Shown piece after piece: positions 8,824 through 17,249 of a DNA stretch of 32,000 nucleotides (position 1 is the first letter of the stretch; the number at the start of each line of letters is the position of its first letter). The DNA lies in the NCBI RefSeq assembly GCF_000012925.1, contig NC_007517.1, positions 3,060,001 through 3,092,000 on the forward strand, written 5' to 3'. The stretch is from Geobacter metallireducens GS-15. Lineage in GTDB: Bacteria; Desulfobacterota; Desulfuromonadia; Geobacterales; Geobacteraceae. The position numbers and the translations under genes were made by a program. The notes under the pieces are model-generated. The model made no database searches. It worked only from the letters and a program-made list of their open reading frames with translations, and was not told the DNA's origin.

Positions 8824-10629
8824 TCACGAATTGTTCCGAATCGCCTCAAGAAACGCCGCGCCGTAGCGCCCGAGCTTCTGCTCCCCTACCCCGTTCACCC
8901 GCAGGAGGTCGTCCATGGTTGCGGGACGCAGGGTCGCCATCTCGACCAGCGTGGCGTCGCTGAAGATGACATAGGGGGGGACCTGCTGCTCGTCGGCCAG
9001 TCGCTTGCGGAGAGCCCTCAGCGCCTGGAAGAGATCCTCGTCCCTCTCGGCCAGCGATGCCACTACCCCCTTACGCTTCGGCTCCTTTTTGACCGGGGCA
9101 ACCTTCACCCGGGGCTTCGCAAGGGTCAGGCTCACCTCCCCCCGCAACAGGGGACGGGCCGCCGGGGTCAGCTTCAGCACCGAATAGTTGGCCAGGTCCT
9201 GCTCCAGGTACCCGCGATGAATAAGCTGGCGGATGATGCTTCCCCACGCCTCGGCGGAGCGGTCCGCGCCGATGCCGTAGGTGGAGAGGCGATCGTGGCC
9301 CAGCTGCTGGATCCGCTCGTTTTTCGAGCCCCGCAGCACGTCGATCACATGCCCCATGCCGAAGCGCTGCCCCACCCGGTAGACGCAGGAGAGGGCCTTG
9401 CGGGCATCCTCGGTGGCGTCGAAGCTCTCGGGGGGATCGAGACAGAGATCGCAGTTGCCGCACGGCTCGGCAAGCCGCTCGCCGAAATAGCCCAGGAGCG
9501 CCTCCCGGCGGCAGGTGCCGGCCTCGGCGAACCCCACCATGGCGTTCAGCTTGTGGAGCTCGATCCGCACCTGTTCCGGATTGTTGCCGGACTCGATGAG
9601 GGAGCGGGAGACGGCAATATCTCCATAGCCGAAGAGAAGGAGCGCCTCGGCCGGCAGCCCGTCGCGCCCGGCCCGGCCCGTCTCCTGGTAGTAGCTCTCG
9701 ATGTTCTTGGGAAGGTCGTAGTGGACCACGAACCGGACGTTGGGCTTGTCGATCCCCATGCCGAAGGCGACGGTGGCCACCACAACGCGGACATCATCCC
9801 GCAGGAACGCCTCCTGGACCCGGCCCCGCTCGCCGTCGGCCAGCCCCGCATGGTAGGCGGCCGCCTCGATGCCGGCATCCCGCAGCTTGCCGGCCACCTC
9901 CTCCACCCGCTTTCTGGAGAGGGCGTAGACGATGCCGGCATCCTGAGGGCGGTTCCCCAGAAACGCCAGGAGCTGGTGAAAGGGCTTCTGCTTATCGACC
10001 ACGGTGTACCGGATGTTCGGCCGGTCGAAGCCGGTGACGTAGACCTGGGCGTCCCGAAGCCCCAGCCGGTCGATGATGTCGCTGCGGGTCTGGACGTCGG
10101 CGGTGGCGGTGAGGGCGATGACCGGCACGCCGGGGAAGAGCCCCCGCAGCCGCCCCAGCCCCACGTACTCGGGGCGGAAGTCGTGCCCCCACTGGGAAAC
10201 GCAGTGGGCCTCGTCGATGGCGAAAAGGGCCACGGGGATCTCCCGGAGCCGCTCCAGAAAGGCGTCGGTCATGAGCCGCTCCGGCGCCACGTAGAGGAGA
10301 TCCAGCTCGCCCGCGTGGAGCCGGGCCAGGACCTGCCGGGCCTCCCGCTCGCCCATGGCGGAATTGTAGGCCGCGGCCGCCACGCCGTTCTCCCGCAGCG
10401 TATCCACCTGGTCCTTCATGAGGGAGATGAGGGGAGAGACCACGATGCCGACGCCGGGACGGTGGATGGCCGGAATCTGGTAGCAGAGGGACTTTCCGCC
10501 CCCCGTCGGCATGAGGACAAAGGCATCGCCGCCGCCGATGAGACGGGTGACGATCTCCTCCTGGAAGGGGCGGAAGGTGCGGTAGCCGAAGACCGTCCGG
10601 AGGGTGTCGAGGGGATTGTTGGCGATCAC
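8824..10629 (-). CDS. recQ: ATP-dependent DNA helicase RecQ
   Basis: PTGGGKS Walker A, DEAH box (FAIDEAHCVSQWGHDFRPEY), a RecQ Zn-binding cluster (CRR..CGNCDLC), and winged-helix plus C-terminal HRDC domains. The GTG start overlaps the upstream stop (GTGA). Confidence 0.95.
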   Translation of the reverse strand: MIANNPLDTLRTVFGYRTFRPFQEEIVTRLIGGGDAFVLMPTGGGKSLCYQIPAIHRPGVGIVVSPLISLMKDQVDTLRENGVAAAAYNSAMGEREARQVLARLHAGELDLLYVAPERLMTDAFLERLREIPVALFAIDEAHCVSQWGHDFRPEYVGLGRLRGLFPGVPVIALTATADVQTRSDIIDRLGLRDAQVYVTGFDRPNIRYTVVDKQKPFHQLLAFLGNRPQDAGIVYALSRKRVEEVAGKLRDAGIEAAAYHAGLADGERGRVQEAFLRDDVRVVVATVAFGMGIDKPNVRFVVHYDLPKNIESYYQETGRAGRDGLPAEALLLFGYGDIAVSRSLIESGNNPEQVRIELHKLNAMVGFAEAGTCRREALLGYFGERLAEPCGNCDLCLDPPESFDATEDARKALSCVYRVGQRFGMGHVIDVLRGSKNERIQQLGHDRLSTYGIGADRSAEAWGSIIRQLIHRGYLEQDLANYSVLKLTPAARPLLRGEVSLTLAKPRVKVAPVKKEPKRKGVVASLAERDEDLFQALRALRKRLADEQQVPPYVIFSDATLVEMATLRPATMDDLLRVNGVGEQKLGRYGAAFLEAIRNNS

Positions 10630-11504
10630 AGTTCCCTCAGCACCCGAAAGCCGAGATAGACATACTGCCCATCGGGGGCGCCGCGTCCCCGGGCTGAGGA
10701 GCGGATGTAACGGACCTTGCTCCCGAAGGAGCCACCCCGCTGGACGCGGCGGGTGTCGTCGCCGCCGAGCCAGGGGGAGCCGTCAGTGGGAGCTCCGGTA
10801 TAGCTGTCGTGCCAGGTGTCGAGGCACCATTCCCAGACGTTGCCTGCCGTATCGAAGAGGCCATAGGGATTCGCGGCGAAGGAGCCCGCCGGCGCACCCT
10901 TCTTGTTGTCCCACTTGCTGCCGCACCCCTTGCAGTTGGCCCTTTTTTCGCCGGCGGTTCCCCCCCACCAGAAGGGGGTATCCTTGCCGCCACGGGCCGC
11001 GAACTCCCACTCGGCCTCGCTGGGGAGCCGGTACTTCTGCCCCGTCTGCTCCGACAGCCACTTGGCATAGGCTACGGCATCCTCCCAGCTGACGTTCATG
11101 GCCGGCATCCGTCCCCGGCCCCAGTCCCGGGAGAGAGGACCGAACCAGCGACGGCCGTCCTTGGGCTTCTCCCGGCCGGTGGCATCGCAAAACCGGTCGT
11201 ACTCCCCGAAGGTCACCTCATACTTCCCCATGGCGAAGGGGCGGGCGATTGATACCCAGTGGACCGGCTTCTCGTCGGGGTCGCCGCCGCCGAAGATGGC
11301 CCCCATCCGGAACTTGCCGGCGGGGATGACCACCATCTCGGGACCGGAGGAGCCATTCTTCAGGCGATCGCGGAAAACCGAGCCGGCCGCGGGGGGAGGC
11401 GAAGAAACTTTTGCCGCGGGTTTCACTTCGGCAGCCAATGGCGATACAATAACGAGAAATGCCAGGAGCGCCGCTCCCGTGGCCAGACGGTGGGTATTCA
11501 TCAT
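10626..11504 (-). CDS. Secreted formylglycine-generating-enzyme (FGE/SUMF1) domain protein
   Basis: Signal peptide (MMNTHRLATGAALLAFLVIVSPLAA) and FGE-sulfatase motifs (GNVWEWCLDTW, RGGSF, RVLRE). I trimmed the start to the ATGATG at 11504, behind an AAGGAG RBS. Confidence 0.85.
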   Translation of the reverse strand: MMNTHRLATGAALLAFLVIVSPLAAEVKPAAKVSSPPPAAGSVFRDRLKNGSSGPEMVVIPAGKFRMGAIFGGGDPDEKPVHWVSIARPFAMGKYEVTFGEYDRFCDATGREKPKDGRRWFGPLSRDWGRGRMPAMNVSWEDAVAYAKWLSEQTGQKYRLPSEAEWEFAARGGKDTPFWWGGTAGEKRANCKGCGSKWDNKKGAPAGSFAANPYGLFDTAGNVWEWCLDTWHDSYTGAPTDGSPWLGGDDTRRVQRGGSFGSKVRYIRSSARGRGAPDGQYVYLGFRVLREL

Positions 11505-11555
11505 ATCCGATACTCCTTTAGTTCTACTTATGTCACATTTTCCACCGCTAGTCCC

Positions 11556-11707
11556 CGGAAGGGGTGGAGCTCTCGCGGAGAAGCGATCCCCGCAAAAAAC
11601 CACCTTAGGCACTAGCGGAGGGAAAGCCTCGGGAATAGCTGTTTACGTGCCACGAAGACCGGCTGGTGACGCTGGATCGGTTCGGAGCGAGAGTTCCACC
11701 CCTTCCG
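11556..11707 (+). other. 152-nt element closed by a 21-bp inverted repeat (candidate structured RNA or MITE-like element)
   Basis: 11556-11576 (cggaaggggtggaGctctcgc) pairs with 11687-11707 (gcgagagTtccaccccttccg): 20 Watson-Crick pairs plus one G-T. Further inner pairings are gaa/ttc, cgatcc/ggatcg, cacc/ggtg, ggcac/gtgcc and a gagg-gaaag-cctc hairpin. I recognised no family. Confidence 0.4.
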
Positions 11708-11917
11708 ACACCGTGCGACAAAATAGAATTCAGATGAGGAAAAACTGGTTGCTGCAAACCGAACGCATTTTACGCGCCAGGGGCCCCGGAGGCAACGAAT
11801 TTAACCCGCCGGGCTGCTAACCACCGAGTAATACAGCCATTGCAAAGCACACTTTTTTATGTTGTTTTTTAAGTACTTGCGTGTTAAAAAGTACAAATTA
11901 TCATTCTCGGGAGCACC

Positions 11918-12163
11918 GTGTACCAGCCCACTGAAATCACCCGCTTTTTCCAGGTTCCGCGCCATGACCTCGCCTACCTGAAGTTCATCGTGGAAGCCTA
12001 CGAAGGCCTTGCCACCCTCAGTACGGCTGACCGGAAAACCAGCACTGTCGTCATCACGTATAATAGTTATTTCGCGGGAACATTAGACGCCCTCCTCAAA
12101 TCGCTCGGCACCGAAATTGCTATCAAAGAGGTGTCAGCCACGGAGTTTTCCAGCCATGCTTGA
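11918..12163 (+). CDS. Small conserved protein (DUF4911-like, from memory)
   Basis: 81 codons with a GTG start behind GGGAG. The composition is balanced and non-repetitive (FIVEAYEGLATLST..). Its stop overlaps the tldD ATG by 8 nt, which suggests co-translation. Confidence 0.6.
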   Translation: MYQPTEITRFFQVPRHDLAYLKFIVEAYEGLATLSTADRKTSTVVITYNSYFAGTLDALLKSLGTEIAIKEVSATEFSSHA

Positions 12164-13538
12164 CGGAATGAACCTGAGTGTCATCCTGCGCCGCGCCCTT
12201 GCGGGAGGCGGTGAATTCGCGGACATATACTACGAGGAGGGCTCAAGCACCTCCATTATCTGCGAAGACGGAAAGATTGAGAAAGTCCTCGCCGGCACCG
12301 ATCGGGGGGTGGGGATCAGGGTCATCTCGGACCTGCGCACCGCCTACGCCTACACCAACGAGGTGACCGAAACGGCCCTCCTGGCGCTGGCTGAGACCGT
12401 GAGCAGGGCGGTAAAGGGAGAGCAGTTCGGCCGCGCCATCGACATGCGGACGAAGCTCGTTGGACCGGGCTTCCCCATCGAGATTCCGCCAGATAACGTA
12501 CCACTTCAGGACAAAGTTGCGCTCGTGAACCGGGGCGACGCGGCGGCGCGCGGTTTCGACAAAAGAATACGCCAAGTTACGGCCGTCTACCGCGACGGCG
12601 CCGTCAAAACTCAGATCGCCAATTCGCTTGGTGATTTCACGGAGGCTCTCCGGACCGGCACCCTCTTCCTGACGCAAGTAGTGGCGGCGGACGGAGATGT
12701 AATCCAGACCGGGTACGAGCCCGTGGGTCGATTCATGGGTCACGAGATCTTCCGGGAGCGGAGCCCCGAGGAGGTTGCCCTGGCGGCTGCCCGGAGAGCC
12801 GTGATGATGCTCGGCGCCCGCAAGGCCCCCGGCGGGCTGATGCCGGTGGTCCTCTCTTCCGAGGCGGGGGGAACCATGGTCCACGAGGCCATCGGACACG
12901 GCCTCGAAGCGGACCTGGCCGGCAGCGGCATGTCGGTCTACACCGGCAAGGTGGGGGAGCAGGTGGCCTCGCCCCTGGTGACGGTCATCGACGACGCCAC
13001 GATCCCCAACGCCCGGGGCTCCTTCTCCTTCGACGACGAGGGGACGCCGGCCCAGCGGACCGTGCTCGTGGAAAACGGCATCCTCAAGGGATACCTCTAC
13101 GACCGTCTCTCCGCCATGAAGGACGGGTGCGCCTCCACCGGCAACGGCCGGCGGGAGGGATACCACGCAAAGCCCATCGTCCGGATGACCAACACCCTGA
13201 TCGCGCCGGGGGAAAGCTCGCCGGAGGAGATCGTCCGAGGGGTCGAAAAGGGGCTCTTCGTCCGCAAGATGGGTGGCGGGCAGGTGAACACGGTTAACGG
13301 GGATTTCGTCTTCGAGGTTTCCGAGGGATACCTCATCGAAAACGGGGTGGTGACCGAACCGGTCCGGGGTGCGACCCTCACCGGCAACGGCCCCGACGTG
13401 CTGAAAAAGATCGTGAAGGTGGGAAGCGACCTGGGCTTCGGCATCGGCACCTGCGGCAAAGACGGCCAGGGGGTGCCGGTGTCCGATGCCCAGCCGACGC
13501 TGCTCATCGAGGAAATAACCGTGGGCGGAGCCGCCTGA
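12156..13538 (+). CDS. tldD: TldD-family metalloprotease
   Basis: HEAIGHGLEAD zinc motif and a PmbA_TldD fold-length protein with a glycine-rich C-terminal region (GGGQVN..GDF). I chose the start at ATG 12156; 12168 is also possible. Confidence 0.92.
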   Translation: MLDGMNLSVILRRALAGGGEFADIYYEEGSSTSIICEDGKIEKVLAGTDRGVGIRVISDLRTAYAYTNEVTETALLALAETVSRAVKGEQFGRAIDMRTKLVGPGFPIEIPPDNVPLQDKVALVNRGDAAARGFDKRIRQVTAVYRDGAVKTQIANSLGDFTEALRTGTLFLTQVVAADGDVIQTGYEPVGRFMGHEIFRERSPEEVALAAARRAVMMLGARKAPGGLMPVVLSSEAGGTMVHEAIGHGLEADLAGSGMSVYTGKVGEQVASPLVTVIDDATIPNARGSFSFDDEGTPAQRTVLVENGILKGYLYDRLSAMKDGCASTGNGRREGYHAKPIVRMTNTLIAPGESSPEEIVRGVEKGLFVRKMGGGQVNTVNGDFVFEVSEGYLIENGVVTEPVRGATLTGNGPDVLKKIVKVGSDLGFGIGTCGKDGQGVPVSDAQPTLLIEEITVGGAA

Positions 13539-13564
13539 CCTTTGGAAGAAACGGGACAACTATC

Positions 13565-15625
13565 GTGCACCATGCTGAACTGACTACAATCCAGCCGGTG
13601 GAGCTGCTTGAGGTACTCAAATCGTACCCCTTCCTCGCGCCCTACCAGCTGACCTTCTGCGCCGAGACAGAAGGGGGAATGCCGCTCTACCGGTCCCTCT
13701 TCCCCGTCTGCGAGGCCATCGCCCAGAGCCTGCTCTGCGGCAAGGCCTGCCAGACGGCCGTGGAAGAGGCAGTCCAGAGGGCCATGGGCGAAAACAGGGC
13801 GGTGGTCTTCCGGTGTCAGACAGGACTCCTCAATTTTGCCGTGCCGCTCCGGGGGAGGGATATCCCCTTCACCTGCCTCATCGGCGGCGGAGTCAGGGAG
13901 AAAGATGTCGACCTGGCCCCCATGGAATCCCTCGCCCAGACAGACAGCGTGGACGCTGTTGCCCTTCTGGAAGAGTTGGAAAACCTCCCCGCCGTCACCG
14001 AGGAGGAGGTGGCCGAAACTGCCCGCAAGATTCACGAACTGCTTCCGACACTGCTCGGCCGGAACATCCACACCCTCATCTTCGAAAACACCATGCGGCG
14101 GCTCGCCTCCATCTCCGGGGTTGCCGGCGGCATCGACGCGGCAAAGACCGCCGACGAAGTCCTGGGGCTGTTGAGCGAGACCCTCGGCATCCTCTTCGAT
14201 ATCGGCCGGATCGCCATGCTCTCCCCCGAAGGAAGCAGCACATTCTCCATGAAGGGGCTCTGGGGGATGGAGCCCGACCTGGGAACCATGCCGGCGGCAC
14301 GGGCGTTGTCGATCTTTCCCCGCAACCGGAAAGAGAACGTCGTCACCCTCGACGATGAGTGCCGGACCCTCTTCCCTGAAATCGCCGCCAATCAGGGGTT
14401 GTGCATCCGCTTCGCCTCCAACGGTGATTTTCTCGGCATCATGGTTCTCTTCGATGCGGCCATCACCCGCCGGGACAAGCTCCTCGTGCAACTGGTCGCC
14501 GACCGGGCCTCGGCGAAACTCCTGCGCCTGCGGGAGGAGGAAAAGCACTCCGCCGACAATGCCCAGGCAACCAAGCTCATGACCATGTTCACCGCCCTCT
14601 CCCGGGCCACCTCCAAGGAAGAGCTCAACGAGCAAATCCTCGCCATGGCGGCCGACCTGGCGGATGCCTCCAGCGGCTCCCTCATGTTCATCGACGAAAA
14701 CGGCGAAAACCTCAAAATCGAGGCGGCCCTCGGCATGAACATGCAGCTGGCCCAGAGCATGGTGGTCCAGGTGGGGAGCGGCATTGCCGGCAAGGTGGCG
14801 GCCAGCGGCAACCCCCTCCTTGTGAACGACATCGAGAAGGACAAGCGGATCGGCATCCCCAACCGTCCCCGTTTCAAGACAAAGTCATTCGTCAGCATCC
14901 CCATCAAGCTCAGGGAGAGCGTCGCCGGCGTTCTGAACCTGTCGGACAAGAAGAATCAGGGGATTTTCACCGAGAATGACCTGAATCTGCTCATCACCTT
15001 CGCCGACCATGCCTCCATCATGATCGAGCGGGCCCTGTCCATCGAGCGGGCAGACTTCCTGGAACAGCTGTCAATCACTGACCCGCTGACTGGCCTCTAC
15101 AACCGCCGCTTTCTCAAGCGTCGCATGGAAGAGGAACTGGCCCGGAGCATCCGGCAGAACCTCTCCCTCACCGTGATGCTCATCGACCTGGACAACTTCA
15201 AGATCTACAACGACCTCTGCGGCCACCTGGCCGGCGACCGGGCACTGAAGAAAATGGCACGGATCCTCTCCGACACCGCCCGGCAGATGGACGTGGTAAC
15301 CCGCTACGGCGGGGAGGAGTTCTGCATCATCCTTCCCGGCACCTCCAAGAAGGAATCGCTCTTTGTGGCCGAGCGGATTCGGCGCGAGATCGAAGGGGAG
15401 GAGTTTTCACACGAGGAGAACCTCCCCCAGGGGCGCCTCACTGCCAGCATCGGCGTCTCCTCCTTCCCGGAGGACGGCAACGTCGAGGCAGTACTCGTCA
15501 AGGCCGCCGACGTGGCCCTCTACCGCGCCAAATCGGAGGGACGCAACCGGGTGGTTATCTCCGGCCCACCGCCGGCCGAGGAGGAACACGGCACCCGCCT
15601 CAAGACCGTCACTAATCTGCCATGA
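13565..15625 (+). CDS. Diguanylate cyclase with PocR-like sensory N-terminus, GAF domain(s) and GGDEF domain
   Basis: C-terminal GGDEF domain with a GGEEF active site and an RQMD (RxxD) I-site 5 residues upstream. A central GAF-like region (SGSLMFIDENGENL.., VAGVLNL) is present. The Cys-containing N-terminus (CGKAC.., FRCQTGLLNFAVPL) resembles PocR. GTG start. Confidence 0.88.
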   Translation: MHHAELTTIQPVELLEVLKSYPFLAPYQLTFCAETEGGMPLYRSLFPVCEAIAQSLLCGKACQTAVEEAVQRAMGENRAVVFRCQTGLLNFAVPLRGRDIPFTCLIGGGVREKDVDLAPMESLAQTDSVDAVALLEELENLPAVTEEEVAETARKIHELLPTLLGRNIHTLIFENTMRRLASISGVAGGIDAAKTADEVLGLLSETLGILFDIGRIAMLSPEGSSTFSMKGLWGMEPDLGTMPAARALSIFPRNRKENVVTLDDECRTLFPEIAANQGLCIRFASNGDFLGIMVLFDAAITRRDKLLVQLVADRASAKLLRLREEEKHSADNAQATKLMTMFTALSRATSKEELNEQILAMAADLADASSGSLMFIDENGENLKIEAALGMNMQLAQSMVVQVGSGIAGKVAASGNPLLVNDIEKDKRIGIPNRPRFKTKSFVSIPIKLRESVAGVLNLSDKKNQGIFTENDLNLLITFADHASIMIERALSIERADFLEQLSITDPLTGLYNRRFLKRRMEEELARSIRQNLSLTVMLIDLDNFKIYNDLCGHLAGDRALKKMARILSDTARQMDVVTRYGGEEFCIILPGTSKKESLFVAERIRREIEGEEFSHEENLPQGRLTASIGVSSFPEDGNVEAVLVKAADVALYRAKSEGRNRVVISGPPPAEEEHGTRLKTVTNLP

Positions 15626-15629
15626 AAAA

Positions 15630-15658
15630 GGCCGCCCGATGACTCGGACGGCCTTTTT
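15630..15658 (+). terminator. Rho-independent terminator after the cyclase gene
   Basis: GGCCGcCCGA-tgac-TCGGaCGGCC followed by TTTTT, starting 5 nt after the stop codon. Confidence 0.75.
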
Positions 15659-15682
15659 ATCTACCCTCAACCTGCGCTATTT

Positions 15683-15733
15683 CCCCTCACCCGACCTTCG
15701 GCCACCCTCTCCCCAAGGGAGAGGGGCAGGGAG
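15683..15733 (+). repeat. REP-like palindromic element, copy 2 (right outer arm degenerate)
   Basis: CCCCTCACCCgaccttcggccaCCCTCTCCccaaGGGAGAGGGgcagggag. It abuts the cyclophilin stop codon (15735). Confidence 0.75.
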
Positions 15734-15734
15734 C

Positions 15735-16250
15735 CTACTCCACCACGGAAGCCTTGGTGATGAATACCGGCTCCACCGGCACATCGGAGTGGCCGGCCTT
15801 ATTGCCGGTCTTCACCTGGGCAATGGCATCCACCGCATCCATCCCCTCCACAACCTGGCCGAACACGGCATAGCCGAACATATCAGGGGTTTTCCCCTTG
15901 TGATCGAGGAAGGCGTTATCCACCAGGTTGATGAAAAACTGGCAGGTGGCGCTGTCCACCACGGCGGTCCGGGCCATGGCCAGGGTTCCCCTGTTGTTCT
16001 TGAGACCGTTGGCGGCCTCGTTCTTGATGGCAAATTTGTATTTTTTCTGCTGCATATTCTCGTCGAGTCCGCCCCCCTGGACCATGAAATTCTTGATGAC
16101 CCGGTGGAAGATGAGGCCGTCATAGAACCCTTCCTTCACGTAGGAGATGAAGTTGCGGACGGTGATGGGGGCCTTGTCCTTGAACAGTTCGACGGTGATG
16201 TTCCCCTGGGATGTCTCGATGACGACGCGGGGATTGGTTTCTTCGCCCAT
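15735..16250 (-). CDS. Cyclophilin-type peptidyl-prolyl cis-trans isomerase
   Basis: [13 protein letters not shown] and GTLAMAR motifs. I trimmed the start to the ATG at 16250 ([23 protein letters not shown]), behind an AAAGGAG RBS. Confidence 0.92.
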   Translation of the reverse strand: MGEETNPRVVIETSQGNITVELFKDKAPITVRNFISYVKEGFYDGLIFHRVIKNFMVQGGGLDENMQQKKYKFAIKNEAANGLKNNRGTLAMARTAVVDSATCQFFINLVDNAFLDHKGKTPDMFGYAVFGQVVEGMDAVDAIAQVKTGNKAGHSDVPVEPVFITKASVVE

Positions 16251-16336
16251 GGTGTGCTCCTTTCTCGATGAAAAATCGCTCTCTTGTACCACAAAAGCCG
16301 TGGCAGGAGAACCGTTTTCTGAATCACCCTGCCCAC

Positions 16337-16364
16337 TTGCAACTTCCTTTGATGGGGATATGCT
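16337..16364 (+). promoter_or_regulatory. Candidate sigma-70 promoter for the peroxiredoxin gene
   Basis: TTGCAA, a 16-nt spacer, then TATGCT, about 43 nt upstream of the ATG. This is a pattern match only. Confidence 0.3.
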
Positions 16365-16406
16365 TGTGACGTTTCCGTCGTCAATAAATCCCACCAGGAG
16401 GTTCCC

Positions 16407-17078
16407 ATGAACCGCATAACGGCACTACTCGCTGCAATCCTCGCCACCTCACTCTTTGCGGGCCCAGCCTGCGCCGCCCCCGAAAAAGCCGACGACATGA
16501 CCAAGGCCACGGAGCTCATGGTCCAGCACCACAAGGGGATGGTCCGCACCGCTCCCGAGATGGCCAAGGTGGGGGAGCCGGCTCCGCCATTTACCCTCGA
16601 TGCGGTGGTGGACAAGGAATTCAAGAAGGTGAGCCTGGGCGACTACCGGGGCAAGTGGGTGGTCCTCTTCTTCTACCCCGCCGACTTCACCTTTGTCTGC
16701 CCCACGGAGATCACCGGCTTCAACAAGGCCATGGATCGGTTCACGGAACTCAATGCCCAGCTTCTCGGCGCCTCCGTGGACAGCAAGTACTCTCACCTGG
16801 CCTGGATCAAGCGGGGGGACCTGGGCGACCTGAAGTACCCTCTCCTGGCCGACAACAAGAAAGAGGCGACGGCCCGCTATGGCATCCTCGACGAAAAGGA
16901 GGGGGTGGCACTGCGGGGGCTCTTCATCATCGACCCCAACGGTGTCCTCCAGTACCAGGTGGTGAACAACCTCTCGGTGGGACGGAGCGTGGATGAGACC
17001 CTCCGGGTGCTGGAAGCGCTCCAGACCGGCGAGCTCTGCCCCCTGGGGTGGAAACCGGGGGAGAAGACGATCAAATAA
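16407..17078 (+). CDS. Typical 2-Cys peroxiredoxin (AhpC/Tsa family) with N-terminal signal peptide
   Basis: Peroxidatic FTFVCPTE and resolving GELCPLGW motifs. The N-terminal [25 protein letters not shown] looks like a Sec signal with an AXA cleavage site. AGGAGG RBS. Confidence 0.92.
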   Translation: MNRITALLAAILATSLFAGPACAAPEKADDMTKATELMVQHHKGMVRTAPEMAKVGEPAPPFTLDAVVDKEFKKVSLGDYRGKWVVLFFYPADFTFVCPTEITGFNKAMDRFTELNAQLLGASVDSKYSHLAWIKRGDLGDLKYPLLADNKKEATARYGILDEKEGVALRGLFIIDPNGVLQYQVVNNLSVGRSVDETLRVLEALQTGELCPLGWKPGEKTIK

Positions 17079-17093
17079 GCCTTATAAGCCTTC

Positions 17094-17236
17094 AATAACA
17101 CGGAGAACCGGAGAACACGGAGTAGAATCAGTCAATTGCCATTCAAAACCATCTGATTGGCATCACCTGCTGAGACCCCAACCAAATCCATTAACGTTAT
17201 TGATTTTCTCCGTGCTCTCCGTTTCTCCGTGTTATT
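17094..17236. repeat. 143-nt element with 29-nt inverted terminal arms between convergent genes
   Basis: The left arm aataacacggagaaccggagaacacggag (17094-17122) and the right arm ctccgtgctctccgtttctccgtgttatt (17208-17236) are complementary at 27/29 positions, with an 85-nt spacer. The arms contain a tandem cggagaac. Confidence 0.7.
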
Positions 17237-17249
17237 CAAACTAACTTTT

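Noticed and set aside
8182-10659. An 825-aa plus-strand ORF antisense to hpt and recQ. Similar long antisense ORFs occur at 7072-8118, 13097-14635, 17592-19019, 20696-21793, 23538-25304 and 29744-30847.
   Set aside because: Their composition is biased and low-complexity (rich in R, G, P, H, L, V, D and E) with no recognisable motifs. Each lies exactly opposite a gene with unmistakable conserved motifs. This is the usual stop-codon-poor antisense frame of high-GC DNA.
11551-11570. A CCCC-GGAA-GGGG hairpin resembling the GGAA tetraloop of SRP (4.5S) RNA domain IV.
   Set aside because: The flanking conserved SRP loops (AGGUCA.. / ..AGCAGC) are not present. The same bases take part in the much longer 21-bp helix with 11687-11707.
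11580-11680. A c-di-GMP-I (GEMM-I) riboswitch call for the core of the 152-nt element.
   Set aside because: Only fragments resemble the consensus. I could not place a GNRA tetraloop or its receptor, or the ACGCAAAGC junction. I kept it as a hypothesis in the findings but do not annotate it as a riboswitch.
11877-11904. TTGCGT-N16-TATCAT as a promoter for the small DUF4911-like gene.
   Set aside because: The predicted start site would fall within or after the GGGAG RBS, only ~7 nt from the GTG start. It is plausible only if the mRNA is nearly leaderless, which is too speculative to list as a feature.
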